From an uncultured bacterium (GTDB lineage Bacteria; Bacteroidota; Ignavibacteria; OLB7): a DNA stretch of 64,000 bases. The stretch is from assembly GCA_966128725.1 (NCBI GenBank), contig CBHYLN010000002.1:23711-87710 (forward strand), given 5' to 3'. A program made the translations under genes and the position numbers. Below, one piece after another: positions 20,903 through 30,160 of this stretch (position 1 is its first letter; each line of letters opens with the position of its first letter). The notes below the pieces were generated by a model. The model saw nothing but the letters and a program-made list of their open reading frames with translations. It was not told where the DNA came from and did not search any database.

Positions 20903-21628
20903 ATGTTCATATCTCGCCAGACGGTTTTGGTTGCCGCGATTTGCGCGTGTTTCGCCTATCCAACACTGCATGCACAGGATCGCCGCACGATTTCGGTGAC
21001 CGGGGAAGCCGAGGTGCGCGTTGTGCCCGACGAAGCCATATTCAACTTCGGTATCGAGACGGATAACAAGGACATCGAGGTCGCCCGCCAGGAGAATGAC
21101 CGCCGGGTACGTGACCTGCTGGCAACGGCAACGAAGCTGGGGATACCCGAGAAGAACGTGCAGACCGATTACCTGAACATCGAGCCACGCTACGAGTACA
21201 ACAACACGCGGCAGGAGCGGGTGTTCTTTGGGTATTTCACCACGCGGAACGTGTCGATCCGGCTTACCAACCTGAGCCTGTTCGATGATCTGCTTTCGCG
21301 CGCGCTGAAGCTTGGTGTGAACTACGTGGGCGGCGCGCAGCTACGCACGTCGGAACTGCGGAAGCATCGCGATCAGGCACGCCTGATGGCAATCCGTGCC
21401 GCGCGCGAGAAGGCGGTGGCGCTTACGGCCGAGCTGGGTGTGAAGGTCGGCAAGCCGGTGACGATCTCCGAGGAGTCGCAGGGCGGATCGCCGTGGCGCA
21501 GCACGCGCATGATGATGCAGAATGCGATCGCCGATTCGCCCGATGGTGGCGGCGAAGGCTCGGGCACGTTGTCGCCGGGCCAGATCACGGTTACCGCACG
21601 TGTTACCGTGGTGTTCGAACTGGAGTAG
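20903..21628 (+). CDS. SIMPL-domain (DUF541) periplasmic protein
   Basis: Signal peptide followed by the characteristic ISVTGEAEVRVVPDEA... start and ...GQITVTARVTVVFEL end. Confidence 0.75.
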   Translation: MFISRQTVLVAAICACFAYPTLHAQDRRTISVTGEAEVRVVPDEAIFNFGIETDNKDIEVARQENDRRVRDLLATATKLGIPEKNVQTDYLNIEPRYEYNNTRQERVFFGYFTTRNVSIRLTNLSLFDDLLSRALKLGVNYVGGAQLRTSELRKHRDQARLMAIRAAREKAVALTAELGVKVGKPVTISEESQGGSPWRSTRMMMQNAIADSPDGGGEGSGTLSPGQITVTARVTVVFELE

Positions 21629-21738
21629 CAATCGTGCCGCGCCGCTCGCAGCGCGCGGCCGAACGATGCAGCGCACGGCCCCATGCCTGTAGGCCGACTG
21701 CCGACTGCCGACTGCCGGCGAACAATACATCGATCAGA

Positions 21739-22659
21739 ATGCCAGAGAACGCTTCAGTTGCTTCCGAACGCACGGCCTTGGGCAAGGTGTCGGCCGTGCG
21801 CGACCACGTTCGGCTGATGCGCCCATCGCACTGGCTGAAGAACACGTTTGTGTTCACGCCCCTGGTGTTCGGCAAGGCGCTGAGCGATTCCAACCGCGTT
21901 CTGAGCGCTGTGCTTGCGTTCACAGCGTTCTGCCTGGTAAGCTCGGCCGTGTACGTGGTGAACGACATCGCCGACCGCGCCGCCGATGCCGAACATCCGC
22001 ACAAGCGGAACCGACCGATTGCATCGGGCCGTGTGGGCCTGAATGCGGCGTGGGCGCATGCGTTGCTGCTGCTGCTTGCGGCCGTTGGCGTGGTGGTGCA
22101 ACTGCGCTGGCAGGCAATGCTGCTGGTTGGTGTGTATGCCGTTCTTAACGCGGCGTATTCGTTTGGCCTGAAGCATGTGGTGTTGGTGGATATCTTCATC
22201 ATCGCCGGCGGCTTCATGCTCCGTGTGCTTGCCGGGGCTCAGGCCATCGATGTTGAGGCGTCGCAGTGGTTGGTGATCTGCACGATGTTCCTTTCGCTGT
22301 TTCTCGCCATCGCCAAGCGGCGCAGTGAGATCAACCACATGGGGCGCGGCGACACGCGCAAGGTGCTGGATGATTACACCCCGGAGCTTGTTCGGTTGAT
22401 CATGAACGTGTCGGTTGCCGGAACCGTGATGAGCTACACGCTGTACACCGTAAGCGACCACACCCGCGAGTTCTTCGGCACCGGCAACTTCATCTATACC
22501 GTGCCGATTGTTGTGTACGGCATCTTCCGGTATCTGTATCTGGACGAAAAAAAGCGAACCGCGGAAAACCCCGTTGCCGTTGTGCTCAGCGATCCCGGAT
22601 TGATTCTGTGTTTGCTTGCATGGGTGGGCGCTTCGATCCTGATCATATATTTGCGCTGA
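21739..22659 (+). CDS. UbiA-family prenyltransferase, decaprenyl-phosphate phosphoribosyltransferase-like
   Basis: ATG at 21739. MRPSHWLKNTFVF and VVNDIADRAADAEHPHKRNRPIASG (NDxxDxxxD) motifs, ~8 TM helices. The upstream part of the track ORF is noncoding. Confidence 0.75.
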   Translation: MPENASVASERTALGKVSAVRDHVRLMRPSHWLKNTFVFTPLVFGKALSDSNRVLSAVLAFTAFCLVSSAVYVVNDIADRAADAEHPHKRNRPIASGRVGLNAAWAHALLLLLAAVGVVVQLRWQAMLLVGVYAVLNAAYSFGLKHVVLVDIFIIAGGFMLRVLAGAQAIDVEASQWLVICTMFLSLFLAIAKRRSEINHMGRGDTRKVLDDYTPELVRLIMNVSVAGTVMSYTLYTVSDHTREFFGTGNFIYTVPIVVYGIFRYLYLDEKKRTAENPVAVVLSDPGLILCLLAWVGASILIIYLR

Positions 22660-22807
22660 ACCGTTTGATGCGTTCCGCACCGCGATGTCCGTTGGCCGTA
22701 TTGCCGACGGTTGCGTGCGGGCAAGGAAATGTGGTGTGGCCGCGCGTTATCGCCGCGGCGTGCGTCGATCTCAACACTCAATCCCCGCCTCATACACTGT
22801 GTCATCG

Positions 22808-23722
22808 TTGATTGTTCATCCGGACGTAGCCCGTTCGCGCGCGCAGATCGATGCGTTGCGCGCGCAACTGCACGCCCTGTTCGAGGAACGCATCAGAATC
22901 CGGTTCGACACCTTTCCCTCGTTGCGCGATCGCTATGCCGAACTGTTCGGTGCTCAGGAGCGGGAACTGCAGGAACTGACTCTTGCGTTAAGCGAGCGGC
23001 GGCGCATGGTGGAGCTGTTTTCGTTGAAGCTCGACCGCGGCCAGAAGCTGGACGCACGTACGGTTGAACTGGTGATGAAAGCCGTGCGCACCGAGTTCGC
23101 CCGCGTGCGTGCCCGGATGCAGGCGGCGTTCAGCGCGGATCGGCGCAAGGAGTTCGATGACTCGTGGCGTCCGTCGGCCGTGGTGGAGCATGCCACCGCC
23201 CCGGAATCCGCCACACCTTCGACAACCAAGCGTCGCGCCGAAGAACTGCGTGATCTGTACCGCGTGCTCGCCAAACGTCTGCATCCCGATGCTCGCCAGG
23301 TGGGCGATGGGGAACCTCGCCGTGCCTATTGGGACCTGGTGCAACGCGGCTATCAGCGTGGCGATATCCCACTGCTGCGAACGCTGGTGCATCTGGTGGA
23401 GATGTTGGGGACGCTGGATGGCCAGGCCGAACCGGATGTCGAGATCGAGCGGCTGCGCATGGCCGTGCGATCCGAGCGTGCCCAGCTCGACGTTCTGAAG
23501 CGCGATGAGTTATATCAGCTTGGTGACCTTATGAACGATCCCGACTGGGTTGCCGACCGTCGCGCACGGTTTCAGGCGGACATCGCGCAGATCGAGCAGG
23601 ATGCCGCCAAGTGTGATCGGTTCCTTGCGCCGATTCTTTCGGGCCAGAACTACGCTCCGCCGGAAGTTGTCAGGACCATCTGGTCCAGCTTTGTTGAGGA
23701 CACCTACATCAACAATCGTTGA
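22808..23722 (+). CDS. J-domain-like (DnaJ HPD motif) protein, hypothetical
   Basis: The central region AEELRDLYRVLAKRLHPDARQ...RRAYWDLVQRGYQ resembles J-domain helices II-III with HPD. The start is uncertain (TTG at 22808 assumed; no in-frame ATG near the N-terminus). Confidence 0.45.
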   Translation: MIVHPDVARSRAQIDALRAQLHALFEERIRIRFDTFPSLRDRYAELFGAQERELQELTLALSERRRMVELFSLKLDRGQKLDARTVELVMKAVRTEFARVRARMQAAFSADRRKEFDDSWRPSAVVEHATAPESATPSTTKRRAEELRDLYRVLAKRLHPDARQVGDGEPRRAYWDLVQRGYQRGDIPLLRTLVHLVEMLGTLDGQAEPDVEIERLRMAVRSERAQLDVLKRDELYQLGDLMNDPDWVADRRARFQADIAQIEQDAAKCDRFLAPILSGQNYAPPEVVRTIWSSFVEDTYINNR

Positions 23723-24183
23723 GCCCCCCCCGAGAGAGGGGGTGCACGATCATGTACCTGCATCGAATCGGTCGGTTTACGATATTCACGCCGCTCTCCG
23801 GTAACCACGTTCGTCAGCTATTCACATCATTTTCGGGAATGCCCGGCTTTGTCGCCGGGGCATGAGTGCCGTGTTGTGCCGCTTCATCCATGATTGAAGC
23901 GCGTGCTGCCTGGCCGGCCAGGGACTGTGCCGGCCTTGCCACCAACTGTCCGAAAATCCTAAAACGAACTTGCCAGCAATGGCCGCACACGTGGGGACGG
24001 AGACCGGGTGGTGGTTGCGTTGCGAGGGTCACGGCATTGATGCCGGCAGCGCACGTGGTGGTGTGCCCACCGACGTTCGCGGCGAAACCGCGCATCCGTT
24101 TGAGGGACAGCCCGGCGGCTTCGGTCGTCGGGCTGTCATTGTATCGGCGATTCCGGTGTTGTCCGCGATGAGCCGGCACCGGC

Positions 24184-25056
24184 TTAATCGGGCATGTGCA
24201 GGTAGCCCTCGCGATTGGCCAGCCAATACGGCGCCAGCCGCTGCTCCATTGCTTCGGTATCCTGCTCGTAGGCCAATGCCAGCTCGCGTGTGCCGGGGTG
24301 GGTGTGCAGCTCGGGTACGGGATGTTCGATGCCGGTGATAATGGCGCTGGCGGTTTGCTCGGCTGTAAGCAGCGGGATTTCAGGTGGCGGCTGGGTGCCG
24401 CGCTCCTGCGCAATTGCATGGCCGCGTTCGCGTTCGTAGGCGAACAGATCCAGCATCGGGCGCCCTTCGGCAACCATCGCCCACTCGGTAATCGTACCAC
24501 CCGGTACCACCACCATCGCCTCGATTCCGCTGCCAACCAACTCGGTGCGCAATGCGCGGTTGAACCCAACGGTAGCGTGTTTCGCTGCCACATAGGCGGC
24601 GTTGCCAGGGTAGCCGATTTTGCCGGCAATCGACGCGATGGATACAATCATGCCGCGCCCCCGGGGCCGCATTGTCCGCAGTGCCGCTGCCGACGCATAC
24701 CATAGCGGGAAGACGTTGACACGGAACATCTCCTCGATGTGTTCCGGAGGCGTATCGTCCACATAACCGCAGTGGCCGCGCCCGGCGTTGTTGATCAGCA
24801 GATCGATGTGCCCGAACTCGCGCACGGCCTCGGCGATGAGGTGTTCAACCTGCGCGCGGTCGGTAACATCGCACGCCACGGCCAACGCACGGCCACCCGC
24901 ATCCCGCACACGACCGGCCACGGCCTGCAGGCGATCCTGCCGGCGGGCTCCCAGCACCACGGCCGCGCCGCGCCCGGCAAGGGCACAGGCCAGCGCCTCA
25001 CCGATCCCCGAACTGGCACCCGTGATAACCGCCACCGTGTCCTTCGATAGATCCAT
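24184..25056 (-). CDS. SDR-family short-chain dehydrogenase/reductase
   Basis: TGASSGIGEA NAD(P)-binding motif and YVAAK catalytic motif. 290 aa. Confidence 0.85.
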   Translation of the reverse strand: MDLSKDTVAVITGASSGIGEALACALAGRGAAVVLGARRQDRLQAVAGRVRDAGGRALAVACDVTDRAQVEHLIAEAVREFGHIDLLINNAGRGHCGYVDDTPPEHIEEMFRVNVFPLWYASAAALRTMRPRGRGMIVSIASIAGKIGYPGNAAYVAAKHATVGFNRALRTELVGSGIEAMVVVPGGTITEWAMVAEGRPMLDLFAYERERGHAIAQERGTQPPPEIPLLTAEQTASAIITGIEHPVPELHTHPGTRELALAYEQDTEAMEQRLAPYWLANREGYLHMPD

Positions 25057-25180
25057 TGTATTCTCCGTGTCGATTGTAGATTACTCGCCAGTCCGTCGCC
25101 GGGTGGCCGGCAACGGGGCAACGGGCAGTGGCGAACATGGCCCAACCCTGTAACCCGAAACGTTGAACCCTGCATTATTC

Positions 25181-25909
25181 ATGAGACGTGTTCTTCCGAT
25201 TCTTCTGGCAGCGGCGCTGGCCGCGTGTGGCGGCGGCGACCAAAAGCCCGCCGATAAATCCCCCACGGTTCCGGACTCGGCATCACAGGCCGGGAAACCC
25301 GCCGGCGGTGATGCAGGCAAGGGCACAGCGGCGACCACCGGCGCCGGGCCTACGGCATCCGCGCGTCGGTTTGATCATCCGGCCGGCATCATCGAGATGA
25401 AAAGCCTTTCAGGGCCGAAGATCGAAGCGGTACTGTACTTCGAGGATTACGGCGCGCGCATGTCCACGCAGACCGATATCGTCGACAGCATGAACGGCAA
25501 GCCGCTTACCATCACCAATGTGAGCATCCTGAGCGATGGCGTAAGCGTGCTGTTCGATCCGGTAAAGAAGGTAGGCCGCCGAAGCACGCAGCCGGAGGGC
25601 ACGGTCAACTACTTCCCGAGATTCGAAACCCTGAGCGACAGTGCGCGCGCCGCGTTGAAGTGCCAGACGCTTGGCAAGAAGACTATTGCCGGCAAGGAAT
25701 GCACCGGGTACTCCATCGAGCGCAATGGCATCATCCTGAAGGTGTGGACGTGGGACGGGATTCCGCTGCGATCGGAGTCGATCTACGCGCCAAACCAGTC
25801 GCTTTTGCTGGAGGCTACCAACGTGAAGGTTGACGTTGCCGTGCCGCCGGACAAGTTCACGATCCCGGACGACATCCAGATAACCGACGTGCCGGCAAGC
25901 ATGCCGTAG
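25181..25909 (+). CDS. Lipoprotein, hypothetical
   Basis: ATG at 25181 gives MRRVLPILLAAALAACGG (lipobox). The track ORF starts at an upstream TTG. Confidence 0.55.
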   Translation: MRRVLPILLAAALAACGGGDQKPADKSPTVPDSASQAGKPAGGDAGKGTAATTGAGPTASARRFDHPAGIIEMKSLSGPKIEAVLYFEDYGARMSTQTDIVDSMNGKPLTITNVSILSDGVSVLFDPVKKVGRRSTQPEGTVNYFPRFETLSDSARAALKCQTLGKKTIAGKECTGYSIERNGIILKVWTWDGIPLRSESIYAPNQSLLLEATNVKVDVAVPPDKFTIPDDIQITDVPASMP

Positions 25910-25957
25910 CTCCGATGCGCGACGGATACGTGTAGATGGACTGGCGCAAGAATGAAT

Positions 25958-25991
25958 CCGGCCGGTTGGCATGTCGTTGCCAACCGGCCGG
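25958..25991. terminator. Bidirectional hairpin (14-bp perfect palindrome stem) between convergent genes
   Basis: CCGGCCGGTTGGCA-TGTCGT-TGCCAACCGGCCGG. Confidence 0.5.
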
Positions 25992-26012
25992 CGCGTATCG
26001 ATGCCAGTGATG

Positions 26013-26348
26013 CTAGTGGCCGCCGGGGCGGCAGCAGGGGCTGAGATGCTTCTGCGCGTCGGGGTCGGCCTTGGTGCTGTTTGCATCGTAGCCGGCGGCG
26101 GCGATTGCGTTCTCGATGGTCGACAGCGTAAGCTTGCCGCTGTCGAACTTTACCACGGCGCTTTTGGCATCCACATCGATCTTTACTTTCCGCACGCCCT
26201 TCAGGCGCTTCAGTGCCGAGCCAATCGTGGCCTTGCACGATCCGCACTGGATTGTCGGGAGCGAAATGGTCGCTTCCTGGATGCCGCCGGCAAGTACCGG
26301 CATGGCAAGCATCAGCATCAACAACAACGGTGTAATGACACGCTTCAT
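26013..26348 (-). CDS. Periplasmic heavy-metal-associated (HMA, MerP/CopZ-like) domain protein
   Basis: ATG at 26348 gives MKRVITPLLLMLMLAMPVLAGG (signal peptide). A single HMA fold with LPTIQCGSCKATI (CxxC). Extra C-terminal ...SPCCRPGGH. Confidence 0.75.
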   Translation of the reverse strand: MKRVITPLLLMLMLAMPVLAGGIQEATISLPTIQCGSCKATIGSALKRLKGVRKVKIDVDAKSAVVKFDSGKLTLSTIENAIAAAGYDANSTKADPDAQKHLSPCCRPGGH

Positions 26349-26479
26349 CACATGACTCCTGGATATGTGTTCGGTTGGTTGATTCGCGATTTCGTCGATT
26401 GATCCCGTCACGCAGGCGGGATGCCGCGTGAACGGTACGATAGATCCAACAACGTACGGCAATGCCCTGCCGGGTTCCG

Positions 26480-28708
26480 TTACTCCGTCTCCTCACCGCC
26501 CAGTCGCAGCCTGATGCCCACGAACACCTCCCGTCCCTCAACAGGCCCCCACACCTGGCTTCCGTCCACATGGCCCTGGGCCACCTGGAATGCCAGCGGC
26601 ATTGTATCGCTCTGGCGGATGTCCAGCAAATTTGTGGCGCCCGCATACAATGCCACAATACCCAGCCATTGCTCGGCGCGGAAGTTCACAAGCAGATATG
26701 GGTCGGACTTCGTGACCGCCGCGGGGTTGGCACGAAGTGTCTGCGAGCCAACCCAACTTGCCCACGTCTCCGCCGTGAAGCCCGCAGCACGGTTGGCATA
26801 CATGGCCGTGGCGTCAACGTTCACGGTTGGGGCAAGCGGTACCGGCTGATAATCACCGCCGGATTGTTCGGTTGCGTAGTCGATTACCTGGCAGGCCAGC
26901 GAGCCGCTCCAGTGTTCGCCGAACGTGGGGCGCAACTGAATCTCGAACCCTCGCAGCCGTGTGCCAAGCGGATTGTTCTCGTACATAAGCGTGCCGGCGG
27001 CCAGGGAGTCGGGGTTGGGCATTGCCTTACCGATGATGCGTGTTGTATACGCATTTACGTTGAGATCGGCTCCGCCAGCGTCGCCTATCAGGAATCGATA
27101 GCTGGCGTCGGCATTCAACGTGATGGCACGTTCGTATCCGAACGACGGGTTCGAGCGCCATCGATAGATACCGTGAAGCACGCGATGATCCTCATCGAAC
27201 AATGCCTCGGCCTTGAAGCCCTGCCCTGCCATAAGGCGCATCGTGAACTGCCCCTCGGGCCGGAAGCGGATTGCGGCCCTGGGCGAGATCAGCAGTCCCG
27301 CCGAGGAGTGATGATCGGCGCGCAGCGCCGTCAGCAGGCTCCATGGGCCACCTAAGGCAAGTTCGCTCTGCACGTAGGCTGCCCACAACGTGTTCGAGTA
27401 TCCAATCCCCAGCGCGCTGTGTTCGGTCACTTGATCGTGGTGTGCCTGGATGCCTGCCACAAACGACGCTGCATCAAACGTGGTGGTGTAGGAAAGCTCG
27501 GCGTGTGCCGTACGTTGGTCGGCGTCCAGAAGGGTGGAACCGTAGTTGGCGGTGACGCCAACCAGTGATGCCGCGGCACGCAGTGCGATGTCGGACGATT
27601 CGTCCAGCGTCCGACCGATGGACACCAGCAGGTCGTAACGCGAAATATCGGAGCGTTCGTTATAGGTCTCGCCGCTCGTTCCTTCGCCGTGTGTTCCGGT
27701 CCGTTTGTCGTTGCCGACAAGGCCGGTGGCAATCAGCTCGGTGACATCGTCGAGCAACACGTTGGCCTTCAGCAGGCCGGAGAACCGTCGCCAGCCAGCC
27801 GAGGTCGGGGCGTCGGATGCGGAGTGATCGGAATACGATCCGAACGCCGCTATGCCGGCCGGACCGGCTACCCCGGTATACGAGGCGTTGATGTCGGCGG
27901 CGTCAGGCGCCCATGGCTCGCGGCCGGCCATTGTGGCGCTGAAGCCGAACTCCGGTATCTCGGTGGGCGGGCGTGTCTCCAGGTTTACAACGCCGGAAAC
28001 AGCCCGGTTGCCGTGCAGGGCGCTCGAGGCTCCCTCCACGATGCGGATTGTTTGAAGCGCCGTGGCCGGTATCATCGGCAGGCCGTACATGGTCGACAGG
28101 CCGGAGAACAGCGGCGCGCCATCGAGCGTCACGCTTACGTACGTTGGCTCCAGCCCGCGCAGCCGGGTGAAGCCGGCATTGTCCACCGCGCAAATCACAC
28201 GTGCGGCGGTACACGAACTGTAGCGCGCCAACGCATCGGCTGCCGTTGGAGCAAATGGCGCGTGCTGTTGCACCTCGTCGCGAATGGATTCCACGCGGCA
28301 GCAGGCGTCCTCTACCGAACGCGTGCGGCGCACCGCGCGCACTTCCACCTGTGGCGCCGTGGGCGCGGCTTCCTGCAATTCGATCAGCAGGTAATCGGAT
28401 GTGGGCTCCACCACCGTGCGTTGTGGCTCAAATCCCACGTGGCTGACCGCGATGCCAACGGCCGTGTTGAATGGCAGCGTGATCGAGAACGTGCCCGCCT
28501 GGTCGGTGATGGCTCCGTGTGGCAGGGCACTTGAATCGACAGCCGAGAATGCGCGGACCGTTGCGCCCGCCAGCGGATTCTGGTCGGCATCAAGAACCAG
28601 ACCGTTTATCGTTCTGGTTTGCGCGCGTATTGCGCCCGTGGCAATGCACAGGAACATTGCGGCAACGGCCGTTCGCACACCCGGGGTGGTAATTCTGAAG
28701 GATGACAT
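26480..28708 (-). CDS. TonB-dependent outer-membrane receptor with an N-terminal carboxypeptidase-regulatory-like domain (SusC/OprC-like)
   Basis: 742 aa. Signal peptide, INGLVLDADQNPLAGATVRA (CarbopepD_reg-like), plug domain, and a C-terminal beta-barrel ending in an aromatic residue. Confidence 0.85.
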   Translation of the reverse strand: MSSFRITTPGVRTAVAAMFLCIATGAIRAQTRTINGLVLDADQNPLAGATVRAFSAVDSSALPHGAITDQAGTFSITLPFNTAVGIAVSHVGFEPQRTVVEPTSDYLLIELQEAAPTAPQVEVRAVRRTRSVEDACCRVESIRDEVQQHAPFAPTAADALARYSSCTAARVICAVDNAGFTRLRGLEPTYVSVTLDGAPLFSGLSTMYGLPMIPATALQTIRIVEGASSALHGNRAVSGVVNLETRPPTEIPEFGFSATMAGREPWAPDAADINASYTGVAGPAGIAAFGSYSDHSASDAPTSAGWRRFSGLLKANVLLDDVTELIATGLVGNDKRTGTHGEGTSGETYNERSDISRYDLLVSIGRTLDESSDIALRAAASLVGVTANYGSTLLDADQRTAHAELSYTTTFDAASFVAGIQAHHDQVTEHSALGIGYSNTLWAAYVQSELALGGPWSLLTALRADHHSSAGLLISPRAAIRFRPEGQFTMRLMAGQGFKAEALFDEDHRVLHGIYRWRSNPSFGYERAITLNADASYRFLIGDAGGADLNVNAYTTRIIGKAMPNPDSLAAGTLMYENNPLGTRLRGFEIQLRPTFGEHWSGSLACQVIDYATEQSGGDYQPVPLAPTVNVDATAMYANRAAGFTAETWASWVGSQTLRANPAAVTKSDPYLLVNFRAEQWLGIVALYAGATNLLDIRQSDTMPLAFQVAQGHVDGSQVWGPVEGREVFVGIRLRLGGEETE

Positions 28709-28789
28709 GATGAACCTGCATTTGGAACATGGATAATGCTCCGCATGCGCATCGCTGCGCCTGCGGAAGGTGTGATGATCATGTTCCGA

Positions 28790-29248
28790 TCAACAGGGAG
28801 GGTGGTCCGGGATGGTTTGTGCGCCCGTTTGAAGCCGGGATGCCAGAGGCGCGGGATAGCTGTCGTGTGTGCCCTGCATGGTGCCGGTGGATGCGCCGCA
28901 CGGAGCGGCCAGTGCCACAAAGCAGCAGGCGCATACCCCGGTGCATCCGTCGGCGGCGGCATTGCCGTTGTGATGCGCCGGCCGCGAATCTCCGGGCCGT
29001 TGCGCCTTGCCCGCGACCGGCCCGCGATCCGCCTGATGCTGCCCGCATTCCGGCGTTTCGACGCCGCAATCGCAGTGATCATCACAGTCATCGGCCGGGC
29101 CGGAATGGCAGGGTGTTTCGGCAATGCAGCAGCCGGCGGCGCCCGCAGTTGTTGCCAGCGCCGACCCTCCGGTGGCCAATGCGACCAGCACCGCCAGAAG
29201 CAGAGCCAGGATGCGGCCGAGGCGCGAATATGTTGCCCGGGTATTCAT
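28790..29248 (-). CDS. Secreted Cys/His-rich small protein (hypothetical metal-binding), immediately upstream of the TonB receptor
   Basis: ATG at 29248 gives MNTRATYSRLGRILALLLAVLVALATGGSALA... then GCCIAETPCHSGPADDCDDHCDCGVETPECGQHQ...GCTGVCACCFVALAAPCG. GC3 ~75% supports coding. No recognisable family. Confidence 0.5.
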   Translation of the reverse strand: MNTRATYSRLGRILALLLAVLVALATGGSALATTAGAAGCCIAETPCHSGPADDCDDHCDCGVETPECGQHQADRGPVAGKAQRPGDSRPAHHNGNAAADGCTGVCACCFVALAAPCGASTGTMQGTHDSYPAPLASRLQTGAQTIPDHPPC

Positions 29249-29424
29249 AAAGCGCAAAAAGATACAACGGATCGGCAAATCCCGGCGTGTGCATTCTCCG
29301 GTGTGGCGCGTGCCCGCCTGTCGCGATGGCTGCGGTGCCGCCGTGCGCGCCGCGCGGTATCTCCGGGGCAATCCCGAACACATCCTGTTGTTTTCTATGG
29401 GCGCGCAATCGTACTTTAGGGCCC

Positions 29425-29886
29425 GTGACTATCAGGGCACTCATAACGCTTGGCACAATTTTCGGCCTGCTTGCGTTCGCGGTTGTACCGCTTCCGCTTG
29501 CCTGCTGCGAAGTTGCCGTTGCTGCACAATCCGCTGTGGTTGCGGCTTCGCCGGGGTGTTGTGGTGCGCCCAAGGCCGACTGCCATTGCGCGAAGTCGGT
29601 TCAACGGGCAGCCACGCCAATCCTTGGCAACGGCATATGTTGCATAGGCTCCGGCCCGCTTTCCTGCGACTGTCCCAGTGTTGCCTCTGCTTCGGTCGAC
29701 GCGCTTCCGCCACTCAACCTTGCCATCCAGCTTCCGGTTGTTGCCTTCAATGCCAACCGCATGCCATTGCCGGCTTTAACGATGGTTCACGGTTGGGGCC
29801 GCGTCTGCCGTGTTGGATCCTCGCCGCCACATCTTGCGGCCACCATGCACCGTACCTATCTCCGCATCGAGTCCTTGTTGATTTAG
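29425..29886 (+). CDS. Cys-rich small membrane-anchored protein (hypothetical), divergent from 28790-29248
   Basis: GTG at 29425 gives VTIRALITLGTIFGLLAFAVVPLPLACCEV...SPGCCGAPKADCHCAKS...GICCIGSGPLSCDCPS. It shares GCC...DCHC/HCDC/SCDC-type motifs with the divergent neighbour. Codon bias is weaker, so it is less certain. Confidence 0.3.
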   Translation: MTIRALITLGTIFGLLAFAVVPLPLACCEVAVAAQSAVVAASPGCCGAPKADCHCAKSVQRAATPILGNGICCIGSGPLSCDCPSVASASVDALPPLNLAIQLPVVAFNANRMPLPALTMVHGWGRVCRVGSSPPHLAATMHRTYLRIESLLI

Positions 29887-30160
29887 CACACCGCCACCTG
29901 GCGATGGCTGTTGATTCACCGAGCCCGACCATACGCATTGCGTTCGATGGCGCTCGGGAAGCCGTTGCCGTATCCCCAATAATTCCTGCTTCACATCGCG
30001 CGCGCTGAAGGCGTGTTGCTGGCCCGGCGTGAACCGCTTGCAACGTGTAGTGCCACGGCCGGATGCACGGCGCGCATGTGTCAACCGATGCCGTTCATCA
30101 ACGTGCCGGTACCGCTTCGGTGCGGTTGCCGGTTAGCCCATCATTTTTTGTTGGCGGAGC

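Noticed and set aside
21754-22680. 308-aa minus-strand ORF
   Set aside because: Antisense to the UbiA-family gene.
23814-24647. 277-aa minus-strand ORF
   Set aside because: Out-of-frame overlap with the well-supported SDR gene. Pro/Ala/Ser/Arg low-complexity.
25409-26658. Minus-strand ORFs of 225 and 291 aa
   Set aside because: Antisense to the lipoprotein and HMA genes. No features.
26462-28534. Plus-strand ORFs (297 aa, 281 aa)
   Set aside because: Antisense to the TonB-dependent receptor.
28736-29419. 227-aa plus-strand ORF and other overlapping ORFs around 28600-29400
   Set aside because: Arg/Ala/Gly-rich. Opposite the better-supported Cys-rich minus-strand gene.
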